From: an uncultured Oscillospiraceae bacterium
GTDB lineage: Bacteria > Bacillota > Clostridia > Oscillospirales > Oscillospiraceae
Direction: 5' to 3'
DNA: 64,000 nt
Assembly: GCA_964434135.1 (NCBI GenBank)
Contig: CAYSTN010000001.1
Coordinates: forward strand, 10,520-74,519
The position numbers were made by a program, and so were the translations under genes. Shown in pieces: positions 60,816 through 64,000 of the stretch (the first letter of the stretch is position 1; each line of letters begins with the position of its first letter). Below the pieces are notes generated by a model. The model worked only from the letters and a program-made list of their open reading frames with translations. It did no database searches and was not told the origin of the DNA.

Positions 60816-61688
60816 TCAACCGTTTTCTTTGACCCATTTCTCCGCGAACGCCGCAAAGCAGCTAGCCGCAGGGCCGGGTTTTTCCGCTGCGACGGCCAGC
60901 GCGATGGTACGGCTTGCGGGCGGGTCGATGGGGCGAATTTCCACGCCGTCTGTGTTGCCGCGCAGCAGCAGCGACGGCATGATGCTCACACCCAGCCCCT
61001 GGCGCACCATTGCAATGACGGCGTAGTCGTCTTTTGTCTCAAAGCGGATGTTCGGGCGGATGCCCGTGGCGTGGAATGCGCGGCGCACATCGTGGTTCGA
61101 CGCTTCGAGCAGCGAGATGAACGGCTCATTCGCCAGCGCCTGCACCGGGCACACCGGGCTTTGTGCCAGCGGATGCCCCTTGGGCAGCACCGCCGCAAGC
61201 GCATCGTCATACAGCGGCGTACACGCGCACCCGGCGCGCGCCGGAAGCGTCGTAAACGCCACGTCTACGCTGGCGCTGCCGAGCCAGGTATCGATGTCGT
61301 GATAATCGCCGTTGAACAGCTGAAAGTCGACCTGCGGATACGCCTGCTGGAACTGCATCATCATGGCGGGCAGCCAGTGCGTGGCGACGCTGGTGAACGT
61401 CCCGACACGAATTTTCCCCGTCAATACGCTGTGCAGCTGCGCGGCCGCCTGCCGCAGCAGCTTTTCCTGCCGGACGATCTCGCGGATGTAGGGCATGAGC
61501 TGCTCACCTTCGGCGCTCAGGCGCGCGCCGGTGCGTGTGCGCTTTAAAAGCGGCAGCTGCAAGTCCGCCTCGATGGCGGCGATCATGTGACTTACCCCCG
61601 ACTGCGTCAGTCCCAGCTCCTGCGCGGCTTTGGTCAGCGAACACAGCGCGACGGTTTTTTCAAAAACCTCATATTTTTTCGTATCCAT
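60816..61688 (-). CDS. LysR family transcriptional regulator
   Basis: SLTKAAQELGLTQSGVSH HTH; MVRQGLGVSIMP; divergent from putP. Confidence 0.94.
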   Translation of the reverse strand: MDTKKYEVFEKTVALCSLTKAAQELGLTQSGVSHMIAAIEADLQLPLLKRTRTGARLSAEGEQLMPYIREIVRQEKLLRQAAAQLHSVLTGKIRVGTFTSVATHWLPAMMMQFQQAYPQVDFQLFNGDYHDIDTWLGSASVDVAFTTLPARAGCACTPLYDDALAAVLPKGHPLAQSPVCPVQALANEPFISLLEASNHDVRRAFHATGIRPNIRFETKDDYAVIAMVRQGLGVSIMPSLLLRGNTDGVEIRPIDPPASRTIALAVAAEKPGPAASCFAAFAEKWVKENG

Positions 61689-61809
61689 GAAAATTTCCTC
61701 TTGCATTTTTGCGCGTGGCGTGATATCATACGCGCAAGTTATTAAGCTTTTTGATATTATACATGAAAAAATGTAATGTGTCAAGAGGAAAAGAAAAGGA
61801 GCGCTTACC

Positions 61810-63348
61810 ATGACATCCGCAAACATTCAGCATCTTCTGGCTATGGCCCTCTATATGGCCGCCGTTGTCGGCATCGGTATCTATTTTTCCGGCCGCGCGA
61901 ACAAAGACGCCGAGTCCTATTTCCTTGGCGGCCGCAGCCTTGGCCCGTGGGTCACGGCATTCAGTGCCGAAGCCTCGGATATGTCCGGCTATTTGCTGAT
62001 GGGTCTGCCCGGCCTTGCCTATTGGACGGGTCTGGCCGACGCGGGCTGGACGTGCATCGGTCTTGCCATCGGTACATATTTTAACTTCCTCATCGTCTCC
62101 AAGCGGCTGCGCCGCTATTCCGTGGCGGTCAATGCGTTCACCATTCCGGATTTCTTCTCCAAGCGCTTCCACGAGAAGAAAAAAGTTTTGATGACCATCT
62201 GCTCATTCATTATCATCATTTTCTTCTGTGTCTACGCGGCGCAGTGCCTGTCCACCTGCGGAAAGCTCTTTGCCAATCTGTTTGGCTTCTCCTACGGCGG
62301 GATGATGATCGTTGCGGCCATCTTCGTTCTGGCTTATACGTTTTTGGGCGGCTATCTGGCCGAGAGCGCGTCGGACTTCATGCAGGGCGTGGTCATGGTC
62401 ACGGTGCTGGTGCTGATTCTGGTCATCTCCACGATCTCTGCCGGCGGTATCCGCACGGTGCTGGACAATGCCAAGAGCATCGACGGTTTCTTCTCGTTCG
62501 TTCGCACCTCCACCCCCTCGACCGAGAGCGTCAACGTCTTCGGCGAGGGCAAGACTTACGGTGTTTTGTCCATTGCTTCCTGCCTTGCGTGGGGTCTGGG
62601 TTACTTCGGTATGCCGCAGGTTCTGCTGCGCTTCATGGGCATCCGCTCCGAGCATGAGCTGGGGCGTTCGCGCCGGGTCGCGATCATCTGGGTCATCATC
62701 TCCATGGCCGCTGCCGTCATGATCGGTATCGTCGGGCGCAGCGTCACGGGTCTGGAATACCTCTCCAACAGCGACGCGGAAAACATCTTCATCGACGCGG
62801 CAACGACCTTCCTGCCGCCCATCCTCGCGGGCTTTGCGTGTGCGGGCATCCTCGCGGCGGCGATCTCGTCGTCTGACTCGTACCTGCTCATCTCGGCCAG
62901 CGCCGTCAGCCAGAACCTCTATCGCGGCGTGTTCAAAAAGGACGCGACGGAAAAGCAGGTCATGTGGTGTTCGCGCATCACGCTCGTGATCATCACCGGC
63001 ATCGCCATGGCCATTGCATGGAACTCCAACTCCACCATCTTCGGCATCACCTCGTTTGCCTGGGCTGGCTTCGGTGCGGCGTTTGGCCCGTTGATGCTGC
63101 TGAGCCTGTTCTGGAAGCGCACGACGCAGGCCGGTGCAGTGGCCGGTATGCTCGGCGGCGGCGCGATGGTCTTCTTCTGGAAACTCGTCCTCAAGCCCCT
63201 GGGCGGCATCTTCGCCATCTATGAGCTGCTGCCTGCGTTCATCTTCAGCGTCCTGCTCATCGTCATCGTCTCGCTCTGCACCCAAAAGCCCGACGCCCAG
63301 ATCGAAGCGGAGTTCGACCGCGTCAAGTCCGGCAAGGGGCTGGAATAA
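61810..63348 (+). CDS. putP: Sodium/proline symporter
   Basis: YFLGGRSLGPWVTAFSAEASDMSG, WGLGYFGMPQ, AWAGFGAAFGP. Confidence 0.92.
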   Translation: MTSANIQHLLAMALYMAAVVGIGIYFSGRANKDAESYFLGGRSLGPWVTAFSAEASDMSGYLLMGLPGLAYWTGLADAGWTCIGLAIGTYFNFLIVSKRLRRYSVAVNAFTIPDFFSKRFHEKKKVLMTICSFIIIIFFCVYAAQCLSTCGKLFANLFGFSYGGMMIVAAIFVLAYTFLGGYLAESASDFMQGVVMVTVLVLILVISTISAGGIRTVLDNAKSIDGFFSFVRTSTPSTESVNVFGEGKTYGVLSIASCLAWGLGYFGMPQVLLRFMGIRSEHELGRSRRVAIIWVIISMAAAVMIGIVGRSVTGLEYLSNSDAENIFIDAATTFLPPILAGFACAGILAAAISSSDSYLLISASAVSQNLYRGVFKKDATEKQVMWCSRITLVIITGIAMAIAWNSNSTIFGITSFAWAGFGAAFGPLMLLSLFWKRTTQAGAVAGMLGGGAMVFFWKLVLKPLGGIFAIYELLPAFIFSVLLIVIVSLCTQKPDAQIEAEFDRVKSGKGLE

Positions 63349-63361
63349 ACGAAAAACACAA

Positions 63362-63399
63362 CACAGCGCCATTTCATCCGAAATGGCGCTGTGTTTTTT
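63362..63399 (+). terminator. Intrinsic terminator after putP
   Basis: CACAGCGCCATTTC / GAAATGGCGCTGTG + TTTTTT. Confidence 0.8.
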
Positions 63400-63553
63400 A
63401 CCGCTCAGTTCCGGCTGTCAGTCTCGCGCCGGGTGGTGTTCGAAGCGCCCTGCGATGCTTTTCTGTCAGTCTTGCCGGTTTTGTTCTGTCCGTTCATCCC
63501 GAACCTCCTGTTGTGTTTTGCGGTCTGCCCGCAGAAGCAGTTTGCCCGGCGCG

Positions 63554-63910
63554 CTACGCTTTATCCTTCGGTTTGCAGAAAAGTGCGGCCAGAAAGCCGA
63601 AAAACACCGCTGCCGCAATGCCGCCCGCTGCCGCCTTCAGCCCGCCGGTCAGCGCGCCAAGCAGCCCCTGCTCCTGTACGGCTTCGCGCACCCCTTTTGC
63701 CAGCGTGTGACCAAAGCCCGTCAGCGGTACGCTTGCGCCTGCACCGGCAAACGCCGCAAACCCTTCATATACGCCCGCACCGCTCAAGATCACGCCCAGC
63801 ACCACGTAGCACACCAGAATGCGCGCCGGTGTCAGCCGCGTTTTATCGATGAGCAGCTGCCCCAGCACACACAGCCCGCCGCCCACGGCGAATGCCTTGA
63901 CATAGTCCAT
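63554..63910 (-). CDS. spoVAE: Stage V sporulation protein AE
   Basis: AFAVGGGLCVLGQLLIDKT.LTPARILV, GAGASVPLTGFG. Confidence 0.9.
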   Translation of the reverse strand: MDYVKAFAVGGGLCVLGQLLIDKTRLTPARILVCYVVLGVILSGAGVYEGFAAFAGAGASVPLTGFGHTLAKGVREAVQEQGLLGALTGGLKAAAGGIAAAVFFGFLAALFCKPKDKA

Positions 63911-63914
63911 CTTC

Positions 63915-64000
63915 TCACCTTCCTTCTGCACAGATCGATACCGCGTGGCACACGCCCGGGATGGACTCGCCCTGCCAGCTCGATATCGGCGAGAGCAGCG
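63915..64000 (-). CDS. spoVAD: Stage V sporulation protein AD, C-terminal fragment (truncated by window)
   Basis: Manual translation LLSPISSWQGESIPGVCHAVSICAEGR*; directly upstream of spoVAE. Confidence 0.85.
   Translation of the reverse strand, partial: LLSPISSWQGESIPGVCHAVSICAEGR

Overview
64-kb chromosomal window from a GC-rich, spore-forming anaerobic Firmicute (ylbJ, spoVAD/spoVAE, tepA, addAB; Oscillospiraceae-like by gene content and intergenic repeats, which is inference). Bases 1-15.2 kb are core genes: TrmH fragment, dprA, topA, trmFO, plsX, rnc, addB, addA, ylbJ. Bases ~15.5-37.85 kb are a visibly more AT-rich accessory block ending at a duplicated 3' half of tRNA-fMet. It holds (i) a LacI/ABC alpha-glucan locus with cytoplasmic GH13, GH31 and MalQ plus two large secreted enzymes, a GH27 isomalto-dextranase-like protein and a GH31 6-alpha-glucosyltransferase-like protein, (ii) an uncharacterised calcineurin-like metallophosphoesterase + TPR gene pair, and (iii) an EcoRI/RsrI-type (GAATTC) R-M operon coupled to a pRiA4b ORF-3-like gene. 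After tRNA-fMet come a LacI/ABC/SDR/cupin/split-transketolase sugar locus with no kinase and twin operators, small ORFs, a ferredoxin, MATE, an AraC-rhaM-rhaA-aldolase cluster, an amber-interrupted XRE-TPR gene, tRNA-Arg(CCG), and core genes (HAD, tex, tepA, ybaK, TSCPD, LysR, putP, spoVAE/D). Best novelty candidates: a putative secreted starch-to-isomaltose relay, the phosphoesterase-TPR pair beside the R-M system, and tRNA-derived direct and inverted fragments downstream of tRNA-fMet. Family calls come from recognised motifs and recall; no searches were run.
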